A stretch of 32,667 nt of DNA from Acidobacteriota bacterium (lineage in GTDB: Bacteria; Acidobacteriota; UBA6911; JACQSX01), in the NCBI GenBank assembly GCA_036006905.1, contig DASYPF010000256.1:1-32667 (forward strand). The letters run 5' to 3'. The translations under genes were made by a program, and so were the position numbers. Of this stretch, positions 17,428-25,873 are shown piece by piece. The notes beneath the pieces are model-generated. The model was given only the letters and a program-made list of their open reading frames with translations. It made no database searches and was not told the DNA's origin. The stretch's first letter is position 1. Every line of letters begins with the position of its first letter.

Positions 17428-18543
17428 GATCAGGCGCGCTGCCATTCGCAGCGCTTCCTCGTAGACCCAGTCTCGGTCCAACACTTCCAGCTCCTGGCTC
17501 AATATTTCTTCCAGTTCGATTTTTGTCATTTCCCCCACCATGACATTGGACGCAATTCCCGGGAGCTTCACAGTCGTCTCGGTGAAATCCTGGTCAGGCA
17601 GCTTCTTCAGCAGGAAGTCAGCGCCGTCGGCGGTATGGAGCTCGACACCCACGATTGCCGAATTCTCGACAGGGCCTGAGCGGAGAGTCACAACGACCGA
17701 AATCTCAGCCACAGCGCTTCCGAATTGCATCCGAATCGAGTTTCCGCTGCCCTCCATCTTTCCCTGTGGGTTCCACTTCAGCCGGCCGGCCATCCACGCC
17801 GTCAAAAGAAGCGGCCGAACTGGAAAGGCGCCATTCGAGATCCATTCGACATCCATGCGCTGAAGGCCAGCCAAATGATTTCGGTACTGCGCGCTGTCGT
17901 AAAGCTGGGCAAGAATCTGGCGCCAGCGCGTCAATCGACCCCAGTTTAAGTCGCTGATTGCCAGATCGTCACAGCCACGCGGGACGAAATCGACCAACCG
18001 ACCAAAAGCTTCGCGGTCGAAGACTTCCGTGTCCACAATAAGCCGGTTAGCAGCGCGCGCGAGTTTCTCAAACAGCGGGCCGTCAAACTCCGGGCGGTAA
18101 TTCCACCACAGATATACAGGAAGATCCGGGACCAGCAGCGGATCAATGGCCGAATGAATTACGCTTCCCGCTTGTACCCCGCCCACCACCACAACTTGCT
18201 CGCAGCACAGCCTCCGGCCACTGGCATCCGGCAGGCGGCAAACCGACTTGATATATGTCGTCAAGTCATCGCCTGCCTTTTGCGGGTCAGTGACCAGGAC
18301 TATGGCTCGACTTGGAATGGACAGGGACACTTGATCAATTGCAGCCAGCATGCGGGGAAGACTGGTTCGGTCGGCGACATACACTACCAGATTGAGGGCG
18401 CACGCCCGGATCACAGGCCGGCTGTGTTCCGCGTCCTCAGCTTCTGCCGTGGCGCCCCACATGGCGCGCAATTGCTTTTCCACTTCCTGAAACTTCACCT
18501 GCTGAAGACCCGCCAGATCCAATTCAGTCAATTTCGCCTCCAC
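17425..18543 (-). CDS. opcA: Glucose-6-phosphate dehydrogenase assembly protein OpcA
   Basis: 372-aa ORF immediately downstream of zwf, overlapping it by 16 nt (GTG start at 18543). The size, position and overall pattern (ACALNLVVY, LPVYLWW) fit OpcA. Confidence 0.75.
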   Translation of the reverse strand: MEAKLTELDLAGLQQVKFQEVEKQLRAMWGATAEAEDAEHSRPVIRACALNLVVYVADRTSLPRMLAAIDQVSLSIPSRAIVLVTDPQKAGDDLTTYIKSVCRLPDASGRRLCCEQVVVVGGVQAGSVIHSAIDPLLVPDLPVYLWWNYRPEFDGPLFEKLARAANRLIVDTEVFDREAFGRLVDFVPRGCDDLAISDLNWGRLTRWRQILAQLYDSAQYRNHLAGLQRMDVEWISNGAFPVRPLLLTAWMAGRLKWNPQGKMEGSGNSIRMQFGSAVAEISVVVTLRSGPVENSAIVGVELHTADGADFLLKKLPDQDFTETTVKLPGIASNVMVGEMTKIELEEILSQELEVLDRDWVYEEALRMAARLI

Positions 18544-20081
18544 CTCCGCCCGTCGCGCCCCATCATCTCCTGAGCTTCAACCGGTCCCCAAGTGCCAGCC
18601 TCATACTGAGGGAGCCTTTTGAGATTCTGCTGCCTCCATCCTTCCAGAATCTTGCCGACAAATTCCCAGGTTTTTTCCAACCCGTCGCGCCGCGTAAAGA
18701 GCGTGGAGTCTCCGAGCATGCAGTCCAGGATCAACCGCTCGTATGCTTCCGCAATCTCCACTCCGAAGGAACTGCCGTAGCGAAAATCCATGGTTACGGG
18801 GCGGATGCGGATGCGCTGGCCCGGCAGCTTGACATCGGACTTTATCGAGATTCCTTCGTCGGGCTGGATGCGCAATACCAGCAGATTGGGATCGATGTGG
18901 CCGGCAGCGTGTTCTTCGAATAAAATTTGGGGGGGCCTTTTGAATTCAATCACGACTTCAGTAATGCGCCTGGCCATGGCTTTTCCGGTTCGTATGTAGA
19001 AGGGAACTCCGCTCCAGCGCCAGTTATCCACAAAAAATTTTATCGCCGCGTATGTCTCCGTAGTGGATTCGGAATTTACGTCTGGTTCCTGCAGATATCC
19101 GGCGATTTTCTTTCCGGCGACCGAGCCGGCTGCATACTGCGCTCGCACCATATAGTTCGCCACCTCGGAAGGCTCAATCTGGCGAATGGCGCGAAATACT
19201 TTCTGCTTTTCGTCTCGCACCGTGTCGGCATCAAAAGCGACGGGCGGCTCCATGGCCACCAGGGCAAATACCTGCAGCATGTGGTTCTGAATCATGTCGC
19301 GCAACGCTCCGCTTCTGTCGTAGTAGCCGCCTCGGGACCCTACGTTTACTTCTTCGGCCGCCGTAATCTGGACATGATCGATATATTTGTGGTTCCACAC
19401 CGGCTCAAACATTCCGTTGGCGAAACGAAACACAGAAATGTTCTGTACCGTTTCCTTTCCCAGGTAATGATCGATGCGATAAACCTGGCTCTCTTCAAAT
19501 ACCGCCGCCACTTTGGCATTCAACTCGCGTGCGCTGGCGAGGTCGTAGCCGAAGGGCTTTTCAATGACGATTCGCTTCCATCCTTTTCCATCCAGGCCAG
19601 GACGCTGCAATCCCAGATGGCCCAGACCTTCTATAATTGTCTGGTAAGCTTCGGGGGGCGTGGACAAATAGTAAATGCAGTTGGCGAGTGTTCCGTGCTT
19701 GAGATCGCAGCGGGCCAGCGCTTCCTTCAGTTTGGGATAAATGTCGGGGTTGGAGAAGTCGCCGACCAGATAGTACAGTTTCTTAGCGAAACTCTCCCAG
19801 ACATTCTGATCGATTCTTGAGCGAGAAAACTCCGCGAGGGCCTGGCGCATTTCCTCGCGAAACCCCTCATCACTTTTTTCACGGCGGGCGACGCCGATGA
19901 CTGCAAAGGCAGACGACAGCCGCTGCTCGCGCGTCAGGTTATACAACGCCGGCATCAGCTTTCGCCGTGTTAAGTCCCCGGAAGCTCCAAATATCACCAT
20001 CACGCATGGTTCGGCAGCGGCTTCCAGCCGGATGCCTTCGCGCAAAGGGTTCTCAATCGCTTGTGGCGTCATAGCAATCAT
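18528..20081 (-). CDS. zwf: Glucose-6-phosphate 1-dehydrogenase
   Basis: VIFGASGDLTRRKLMPALYNL is the NADP-binding motif and RIDHYLGKE is the active-site motif. DHVQIT and NHMLQ are also present. The track start at 20141 is TTG; ATG 20081 was chosen and ATG 20072 is also possible. Confidence 0.9.
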   Translation of the reverse strand: MIAMTPQAIENPLREGIRLEAAAEPCVMVIFGASGDLTRRKLMPALYNLTREQRLSSAFAVIGVARREKSDEGFREEMRQALAEFSRSRIDQNVWESFAKKLYYLVGDFSNPDIYPKLKEALARCDLKHGTLANCIYYLSTPPEAYQTIIEGLGHLGLQRPGLDGKGWKRIVIEKPFGYDLASARELNAKVAAVFEESQVYRIDHYLGKETVQNISVFRFANGMFEPVWNHKYIDHVQITAAEEVNVGSRGGYYDRSGALRDMIQNHMLQVFALVAMEPPVAFDADTVRDEKQKVFRAIRQIEPSEVANYMVRAQYAAGSVAGKKIAGYLQEPDVNSESTTETYAAIKFFVDNWRWSGVPFYIRTGKAMARRITEVVIEFKRPPQILFEEHAAGHIDPNLLVLRIQPDEGISIKSDVKLPGQRIRIRPVTMDFRYGSSFGVEIAEAYERLILDCMLGDSTLFTRRDGLEKTWEFVGKILEGWRQQNLKRLPQYEAGTWGPVEAQEMMGRDGRRWRRN

Positions 20082-20274
20082 CGACCATCTTACCGCCGCC
20101 AAGGGCCGGATTGCCACGAAGCCACGATGGTTTGAAGTCAATTACGGGATTAACCATCTCAAATGCGCGTCGCAGAACACCTGCACTAGAATTCCCCAGA
20201 CCATCTTCGCGTTGTCGTGGCTTAGTGGCAATTTAGAATTTCAGGCGCTGCTATGTTTGGCTCAAGGGGCTGCG

Positions 20275-20303
20275 TTGACTTCATGGGAACCTGAAGGTAT
20301 ATT
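20275..20303 (+). promoter_or_regulatory. Candidate sigma-70-type promoter upstream of the MBL-fold gene
   Basis: TTGACT (20275-20280), a 17-nt spacer, then TATATT (20298-20303), about 110 nt upstream of ATG 20414. Confidence 0.4.
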
Positions 20304-20413
20304 GGCGGCCACTATCATTTCATTGCAATTGTGCCTCCCTGAACTAAAGGCAAGAGATTGACAGCAAATGCCGAGGGCCAATCGCGAAAGTTAGCAGCCA
20401 CACAGGACAGTAG

Positions 20414-21289
20414 ATGCAAGATCAGAATTCCTTCCGTTTGCGACTTAAGTTCTGGGGAGTGCGCGGCTCCACTCCCACTCCGCAGATTGAAAACCTCAGT
20501 TATGGAGGAAACACCGCCTGCCTGGAAGTGCGCCTTCCCACCAACGAGATCTTTATATTTGATGGTGGAACGGGAGTCCGTAATCTGGGGATCTCATTAG
20601 TCGAAGAATTTAAGGAACGAAAACTGTCTGCTACCTTCTTGCTGACCCACTATCACTGGGATCACATCCAGGGAATTCCGTTTTTCGCTCCGCTTTATGC
20701 CGGGGCCAATGAGTTCACGTTTTATTCCTTCCGCCGCGCAAGGCCCGGACGCAAAGGAGACGCGGAACCATATTACGACACCGTCCGTGAAATGCTGGAA
20801 GGACAGATGAAGAATCCGTATTTCCCCATCAACTTCGCCTTCCTTCCGTCTAAGAGAGATTTTCGCGAAATTCACCGGGACCCGATCAAATTCGGAAACC
20901 TTAACGTCCACCCGTTTCCCTTGAACCATCCTCAGGGCGCGCTCGGATATCGGATCGAATCCGAGGGAGCCGTTATCGTGTACGCCAGCGACTTGGAACA
21001 CGGCCACCGGGAACTGGATTCGACACTGCGTGAATTTGCTCAAAACGCCGATATCTTGATTTATGACTCGCAGTACACTCCGGAAGAATACGAACAGCGC
21101 AAGGGATGGGGACACAGCACCTGGCTGGAGGCGACAAAAGTGGCCAACGATTCGCGAGTAAAACAGCTCATCCTGTTCCACCACGATCCATCGCACACCG
21201 ACCAGATGTTCTTTGAAGTGGTCCAGCAGGCCCGCATGCACTTCGAGAATACGCTCGGCGCCAAGGAAGGCTGGGTGTTTATTCTCTGA
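20414..21289 (+). CDS. MBL-fold metallo-hydrolase
   Basis: 291 aa. WGVRGSTPTP, GGNTACLEV and the metal-binding motif LLTHYHWDHIQGIPFF are present, together with HGH and LILFHHDPSHTD downstream. The substrate cannot be assigned from sequence. Confidence 0.8.
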   Translation: MQDQNSFRLRLKFWGVRGSTPTPQIENLSYGGNTACLEVRLPTNEIFIFDGGTGVRNLGISLVEEFKERKLSATFLLTHYHWDHIQGIPFFAPLYAGANEFTFYSFRRARPGRKGDAEPYYDTVREMLEGQMKNPYFPINFAFLPSKRDFREIHRDPIKFGNLNVHPFPLNHPQGALGYRIESEGAVIVYASDLEHGHRELDSTLREFAQNADILIYDSQYTPEEYEQRKGWGHSTWLEATKVANDSRVKQLILFHHDPSHTDQMFFEVVQQARMHFENTLGAKEGWVFIL

Positions 21290-21292
21290 GGC

Positions 21293-21322
21293 TTGATTAT
21301 TCTAAAGAAAAGCCACTAGAAT
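21293..21322 (+). promoter_or_regulatory. Candidate sigma-70-type promoter upstream of the small secreted protein gene
   Basis: TTGATT (21293-21298), an 18-nt spacer, then TAGAAT (21317-21322). A strong Shine-Dalgarno AGGAGG lies at 21381-21386, ahead of ATG 21394. Confidence 0.4.
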
Positions 21323-21393
21323 GAGGTAGTCCCGAAAAACTAGCGCACTTTTATCGGGGCGGGTGATGTAAAAACAACTAAGGAGGAATCTCA

Positions 21394-21744
21394 ATGAGGA
21401 AAACAATCGCCATTTCGCTGCTTCTCGTTCTGGTTTTTTCGGCGTTTGCACTGGCCGCCGCAAAGAAGGGAAACTGGACCGGCACCATCAGCGATGATAA
21501 GTGCTTTGCAGCTAAGAAAAAACACGATCCCGCATGCGTTGAAAAATGTCTTGCGGGCGGCGGGAAGGCCGTGCTGGTTGTAGGTAAAAACGCCTATACC
21601 ATCACCAATGCTGACGCGATCAAGGGGCACGAGGGCCATCACGTAAAAGTGACAGGCGAGCTGGATGCGGCAAAAAAAGAATTAACGGTAGAAAAGGTAG
21701 AGATGGTACAGGCTAAAGCAAAGAAAGGAAAGAAAGCCGCCTGA
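21394..21744 (+). CDS. Small secreted protein with conserved Cys residues and a Lys-rich tail, function unknown
   Basis: 116 aa with signal peptide MRKTIAISLLLVLVFSAFALAAA and an AGGAGG ribosome-binding site. The pattern WTGTISDDKC..C..C...GG..VLV....Y.I.......GH.GH.V.V.G resembles a DUF family common in Acidobacteria (possibly DUF5818; I am not certain). Confidence 0.65.
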   Translation: MRKTIAISLLLVLVFSAFALAAAKKGNWTGTISDDKCFAAKKKHDPACVEKCLAGGGKAVLVVGKNAYTITNADAIKGHEGHHVKVTGELDAAKKELTVEKVEMVQAKAKKGKKAA

Positions 21745-21780
21745 ATTCCTTCCGGGGCGCTCCCATGGGGCGCCTCATGG

Positions 21781-22058
21781 AATCGATTGCGGATTGCAGA
21801 TTGCGGATTACAGAAGCGTCCGTTGTCAGTTGTCCGTCGTTCGTTGTTTAGCCAGAGCGTCAGGGCGCAGGAAAAATCAATCCGCTCGTACGGGCGGCCC
21901 CTGCGTGGCCGCCCGAATACGTGCGCCATCATGGGCACTCGAGCAAAACATCAGTCCTGGCAAACCTTTACTGGTGTGCCTTCATGCTCCAGAATTCAGC
22001 TTACTGACTACCGCAACCCACAAAGTCCGCAATCGATTCACACCCCATTCCGCAATCA
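21781..22058. repeat. Tandem-unit palindrome E (GCGGATT units, long centre) between convergent genes
   Basis: The left arm at 21781-21810 reads aatcgatt gcggatt gcagatt gcggatt. The right arm at 22011-22058 is degenerate (ccgcaaccc..gtccgcaatcgatt..ccgcaatc). A perfect 12-bp pairing joins 21781-21792 to 22027-22038. The centre contains the GC hairpin gggcggcc-cctgcgt-ggccgccc. Confidence 0.6.
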
Positions 22059-22064
22059 AACACG

Positions 22065-22208
22065 CTACCGCACTATTCCCAGACCCAACAGGCCGTGCAG
22101 TATCAGCCAGATCGCGACAAAGTAATTTAAGAATCGCGGAAAGATCAAGATCAGAATTCCAAACAGTATGGCAAGAACCGGACTTAGATGCCCCGCTGTG
22201 AGTACCAT
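22065..22208 (-). CDS. DUF3096-like small membrane protein (47 aa), absent from the ORF track
   Basis: ATG at 22208 is preceded by GGAGG 8 nt upstream (ggggaggcgaagacATG). Translation is MVLTAGHLSPVLAILFGILILIFPRFLNYFVAIWLILHGLLGLGIVR, with stop TAG at 22065-22067. The core GIL.L..PR.LNY.VAI.LI..G..GL matches my recollection of DUF3096. Confidence 0.6.
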   Translation of the reverse strand: MVLTAGHLSPVLAILFGILILIFPRFLNYFVAIWLILHGLLGLGIVR

Positions 22209-22271
22209 GTCTTCGCCTCCCCTGAACTGTCCTACAAGATAGCATGGAAATTTTGCGTTACAATTTTCCTA

Positions 22272-22697
22272 ATGGACTGGCAATCAAATCTGGTCGATGA
22301 CCCCGACGATGTGGCGAAGATTCTCCGCGAGGCGAAAACAATCGCCGTCGTGGGAGTAAAGAATTCTTCCTACGAAGCTGCATTTTACGTGCCTGAGTAT
22401 CTGCAGCAGAAAGGGTATCGAATCATCCCGGTTAATCCGAAATTGGACCGAGTGTTCGGCAAACGCTGTCTAAGGTCGCTGCTGGAGATCGATGAACCCG
22501 TGGATGTCGTCCTGGTCTTCCGCGCCTCAGAAAACGTGATGCCTCACGCGCAAGAAGCCCTGCAGTTAAAACCCAAAGTATTTTGGATGCAGGATGGAAT
22601 CAGACACGCTCAGGCTGCAAGAATGCTGGCTGAGGCCGCTATCCGTGTCGTGCAGAACCGCTGCATGTTGAGAGATCACGCCAATCTGATCGGCTGA
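22272..22697 (+). CDS. CoA-binding domain protein (YccU/YneT-like)
   Basis: AKTIAVVGVKNSSYEAAFYVPEYLQQKGYRIIPVNP and DVVLVFR are typical of the CoA_binding_2 family. ATG 22272 was chosen in place of the track start at 22188. Confidence 0.8.
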   Translation: MDWQSNLVDDPDDVAKILREAKTIAVVGVKNSSYEAAFYVPEYLQQKGYRIIPVNPKLDRVFGKRCLRSLLEIDEPVDVVLVFRASENVMPHAQEALQLKPKVFWMQDGIRHAQAARMLAEAAIRVVQNRCMLRDHANLIG

Positions 22698-22767
22698 TTC
22701 GGGCAAGCTCCGCCGAGCGTCTCCGATCTAAGTCACATGCATTCGGGAGTTGTTCTCGAAGACAAGA

Positions 22768-23112
22768 TTACGGCACGCCAATCGCCCGCATAACACCGCC
22801 CTCCAAGTCCATCAAGATCTCGCGCGACAACCGGTAGCCAATGCGATCTCCCAATTCACTTTTGTGAACCGGGCCGATGTACTCGCATTTGGCTGTCGAG
22901 TCATGAGGCAAGCCGGTTTGCTTGCTAGGAAGTTTGACGTGCGTGGGCGATGGGCGGTGACGCGTCGACAACGGAATCACCAATACGTCATGAGCAAACT
23001 CATTTCGACCGTTTGGCGAAATGATCACCACAGGCCGCCCTTCTTTGCCGTGGGCAAAGGCCCGGTAGATCTCGCCACGTTTTGGAAAATCCCGATCGGC
23101 GGAATCAGTCAA
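22768..23112 (-). CDS. Type II toxin, MazF/PemK-family endoribonuclease
   Basis: 114 aa. PKRGEIY, GRPVVIISP, VLVIPLSTR, PTHVKLP, GLPHDSTAKCEYIGPVHKSEL fit the PemK/MazF pattern. The only in-frame start is TTG at 23112, which overlaps the antitoxin stop (TTGACTGA). Confidence 0.8.
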   Translation of the reverse strand: MTDSADRDFPKRGEIYRAFAHGKEGRPVVIISPNGRNEFAHDVLVIPLSTRHRPSPTHVKLPSKQTGLPHDSTAKCEYIGPVHKSELGDRIGYRLSREILMDLEGGVMRAIGVP

Positions 23113-23356
23113 TATCAGGACCTGCCAGATGGCGCGAGACGGCCTTTAGCCATCGTCCTTCTTCGGTCTCCTCAGCATCGGCGTATTCTTTGTAATAACT
23201 GGCAAACTCTTCGTCCAGTTTTCTCCGTTTTTCTTCTTCCGCCCAGTTTTCTAGAATGGATTCAAGAACGGCACTTCTGTTTCGGCCAGCATTGGTCAAA
23301 GCTAACGCCAGATCTTTTCGGATTGTCGCAGTAATTCGTACTTTTCGTCTTCTCAT
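23105..23356 (-). CDS. Type II antitoxin, ribbon-helix-helix (CopG/MetJ-like)
   Basis: 83 aa with ATG at 23356. The N-terminal beta-strand plus two helices (RITATIRKDLALALTNAGRNRSAVLESILENW) are followed by an acidic C-terminal tail. It lies immediately upstream of the toxin and overlaps it by 8 nt. Confidence 0.7.
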   Translation of the reverse strand: MRRRKVRITATIRKDLALALTNAGRNRSAVLESILENWAEEEKRRKLDEEFASYYKEYADAEETEEGRWLKAVSRHLAGPDID

Positions 23357-23368
23357 TTGTATTACTAA

Positions 23369-23397
23369 TTTATCGCATCTTCGAAGTGCAGTTTCAA
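23369..23397 (-). promoter_or_regulatory. Candidate promoter/operator of the toxin-antitoxin operon
   Basis: On the minus strand: TTGAAA (23397-23392), a 17-nt spacer, then GATAAA (23374-23369). The -10 element ends 12 nt before the ATG, which implies a near-leaderless mRNA. The spacer contains the 8-bp palindrome CTTCGAAG (23379-23386), a plausible RHH operator half-site pair. Confidence 0.35.
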
Positions 23398-23445
23398 GCC
23401 CATTTTTGCAATTTGGGTCTTAGAGCGGCATGTCTCTAAAGGTTA

Positions 23446-23621
23446 CTGAAAAACTCACCGCGAAGGCGCGAAGAACGCGAAGGCTGTTTGTGGACCCGAG
23501 ACTCTAACGTTGGCATAACTGTCCCGCAGTCATCCATTTAAGGAGGGCTGGATGATTTCGAACGTATGGTCTTGATCTGATCACCTTCGCGTTATTCGCG
23601 CCTTTGCGGTGAGTTTTTCAG
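23446..23621. repeat. 38-bp inverted repeats flanking a 100-bp centre (MITE/REP-like element)
   Basis: ctgaaaaactcaccgcgaaggcgcgaagaacgcgaagg (23446-23483) pairs with its complement at 23584-23621 at 36/38. The arms are themselves built from GCGAAGNN micro-repeats. Confidence 0.85.
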
Positions 23622-23676
23622 CATCCTGCTGGGGCTACGACCACAGGCGTGCCGCAAGGGCGCACGGCCGTGCGCT

Positions 23677-24561
23677 CTACGTTGCATCTGGCAGAAAGAG
23701 CCTTGGGCCCCCATTTACAACGCGAACCAGTTCAATCTGAGTTGCGTACGTTACCGCCGCCAACCAGATGCGCAGCCAGAGTGTCACAAGCAGGATGAGG
23801 CTGGTGATCCTGGTTCCCCAAAATGCTGAAGCATTGGATAGAGGATTCACCGCGAGCAACACTAGCACGCCGAGCACTTTCAGTAAGGAGATCCCGGCAA
23901 CCCATCGTCCGTTCTGCCACACAAACCTGCATGCCGAAAGCCAGGAGAGAACTGTGCTGCTTCGCTCTTCGACCACGGTCTGAACGCGAGCGAAATCGGC
24001 AATGATTTCGATGGCAAACACGAGGGCTATGGCCGACAGCGGCAGCATGATAGACGAGCCCAGCGACAGGTGGAATAGCCGATAGCACCCGGCTAGACAA
24101 CAGCACAGCGCGTAACAGGCGACAACGGGAACGAACCCGAGCAGCGAGATCCTGAGGAACCGGCCGACATACCGGATCCCATATCGAAAGAAATTTAGGA
24201 TTCGCTTCTGTAATACCACCGTTCCGAGGGAGCCTACGACGGCTGCATGCAGCACGTTCTCCAAGGGGAAAAAGATCCACACTGACCAGGATTCGAACCG
24301 TTCATCAATTGGAAGGGGTGGCCGGCCTTCAAGATGAAAGATATCCATCCACCACAGAAAGAACCCCGACTGCCGCGTGAAACCGAATTCCGCGGCCCGA
24401 CCTGAGATTTCCAGCATCAGGAAAGCCAGTGCAAGCTTGGCCAGCCACGGCAGCCAAATCACGCGTCGATTCTGCCAGGCATTGGCGGCGCCCGCGCGAA
24501 TCAGATGAGAGAATCGCATTAGGTTCAATGGAGATTTTATTGATGATTGGCCTATGACCAT
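23677..24561 (-). CDS. Polytopic membrane protein, function unknown
   Basis: 294 aa with ATG at 24561; ATG 24519 (MRFSHL) is an alternative start. About six hydrophobic helices are present (e.g. WLAKLALAFLMLEI, ISLLGFVPVVACYALCCCLAGCY, IMLPLSAIALVFAIEIIADF, LILLVTLWLRIWLAAV). I recognise no family. Confidence 0.6.
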   Translation of the reverse strand: MVIGQSSIKSPLNLMRFSHLIRAGAANAWQNRRVIWLPWLAKLALAFLMLEISGRAAEFGFTRQSGFFLWWMDIFHLEGRPPLPIDERFESWSVWIFFPLENVLHAAVVGSLGTVVLQKRILNFFRYGIRYVGRFLRISLLGFVPVVACYALCCCLAGCYRLFHLSLGSSIMLPLSAIALVFAIEIIADFARVQTVVEERSSTVLSWLSACRFVWQNGRWVAGISLLKVLGVLVLLAVNPLSNASAFWGTRITSLILLVTLWLRIWLAAVTYATQIELVRVVNGGPRLFLPDAT

Positions 24562-24724
24562 TGTCTCGGACGCGCTTTCAAGGCTTCAGACTCTTTGCGT
24601 TTTCTCTAGGCTACGCATTATTCTATCTAGAGTTCCCGATCCCCTGGGTCGTAGATGCCTGCGCTAATTGGGACTGTGCTCAGAACTGGGAACTGGCAGC
24701 TAGCCAAGAACTAGGAGCCGCTTC

Positions 24725-25726
24725 ATGTATCACAGATACATTGAAAAAAAGGAACGCGATTTTTCTTACCGCGATACCAACCGGCGAGTACTGCCATTCG
24801 AGATTGGGCAAGAATGGCTGCCTGCCGACGGAAACTTGGACCTGCGCGAACGATTGCACCGACTTGTGGACCAGGCGCTGCGTGACTCCGATAACTTCTT
24901 CTCGCTGCCTGCCGAGCCGGAATACCGCGTCGAAGGCGACGAGCTCACATTCCCATCGCCCTTGCCGAGTCACATCGAACCGAACGATCTGGCGCGGGCG
25001 CGGCTTTTTTTAAAGCCTGGTGCTGATCGCGTCGTGGTGATCTTGCCGCACTGGAACGCGCAGCCCCACAGCTATGTCTCCCTGGCCAAAGGCTTCAACT
25101 TTTTCAATGTCAGCGCCGTTCGGCTCTCCCTTCCGTACCACGACGGGCGGCGTCCTTCGCATACTGAGCGCTCTGATTATCTGGTCAGCCCCAATCTGGC
25201 TCGAACTCTCCATGCCAACCGGCAAGCGGTAATCGACACTCGTGCCGTTGTACATTGGCTGAAACGCCAGGGTTTTGAACGAATCGGCATCGTGGGCACC
25301 AGCATCGGAAGCTGCATCGGTTACCTGGCGTTTGCGCATGACGTAAATATCCGTGCCGCGGCCTTCAATCATGTCAGCAATTTCTTTGCCGACGTGGTGT
25401 GGACCGGCCTCTCTACGCGGTTTGTTCGCCAAGGATTGGAGTCTCACATCGGGTTGGACGAGCTGCGCTACTCCTGGCTGCCGATCAGCCCCCACAGCTA
25501 CATCGAAAGGGTCAGGCGGAATTACCGGCCGCATCTGCTGATCACAGCCCGTTATGACACCACATTTCGTCCAGAACTCACCGAGCAACTCTTTGCCGCA
25601 TACCGGCGCTTGGATATTCCTTACGAGCGCGCCGAGCTGCCTTGTGGCCACTACACCACCGGCATGTTTCCCTTTAATATTTACGATGGATATCTGATCA
25701 CGCGCTATCTGTTGAGGCATCTATAA
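24725..25726 (+). CDS. Alpha/beta hydrolase fold protein
   Basis: 333 aa with GGAG 9 nt upstream of the ATG. The nucleophile elbow is IVGTSIGSCIG (GxSxG), and a C-terminal His lies in LPCGHYT. Confidence 0.75.
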   Translation: MYHRYIEKKERDFSYRDTNRRVLPFEIGQEWLPADGNLDLRERLHRLVDQALRDSDNFFSLPAEPEYRVEGDELTFPSPLPSHIEPNDLARARLFLKPGADRVVVILPHWNAQPHSYVSLAKGFNFFNVSAVRLSLPYHDGRRPSHTERSDYLVSPNLARTLHANRQAVIDTRAVVHWLKRQGFERIGIVGTSIGSCIGYLAFAHDVNIRAAAFNHVSNFFADVVWTGLSTRFVRQGLESHIGLDELRYSWLPISPHSYIERVRRNYRPHLLITARYDTTFRPELTEQLFAAYRRLDIPYERAELPCGHYTTGMFPFNIYDGYLITRYLLRHL

Positions 25727-25762
25727 TCCCCCATTTTCTGGGCGTTCTTAGCATTGGAAAGT

Positions 25763-25835
25763 CTTTCACCACTAAGGACACCAAGGACACAACGTGAAAG
25801 CCTTAGTGTCCTTGGTGTCCTTGGTGGTGAAAAAG
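25763..25835. repeat. Hairpin built from AAGGACAC(C) micro-repeats between convergent genes
   Basis: ttcaccactaaggacaccaaggacac (arm at 25763-25790) pairs with gtgtccttggtgtccttggtggtgaa (arm at 25806-25835), with one mismatch in 26 and a 15-nt loop. No U-tract on either strand. Confidence 0.85.
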
Positions 25836-25873
25836 TCGCTCGCGGCTCGGGAGATCAAAGAGCGTCCGCGACC

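Noticed and set aside
23541-23575. A mini-ORF with a strong Shine-Dalgarno sequence (AGGAGG 23541-23546, ATG 23552, MISNVWS, stop 23573-23575) in the centre of the 176-bp inverted-repeat element.
   Set aside because: It is only 7 codons long and there is no supporting conservation information, so it is probably chance. It could be revisited if the element turns out to be multi-copy with the ORF conserved.
24289-24299. GGATTCGAACC, which resembles a tRNA T-arm/T-loop.
   Set aside because: It lies inside the membrane-protein CDS, and I could not build acceptor, D or anticodon arms around it.
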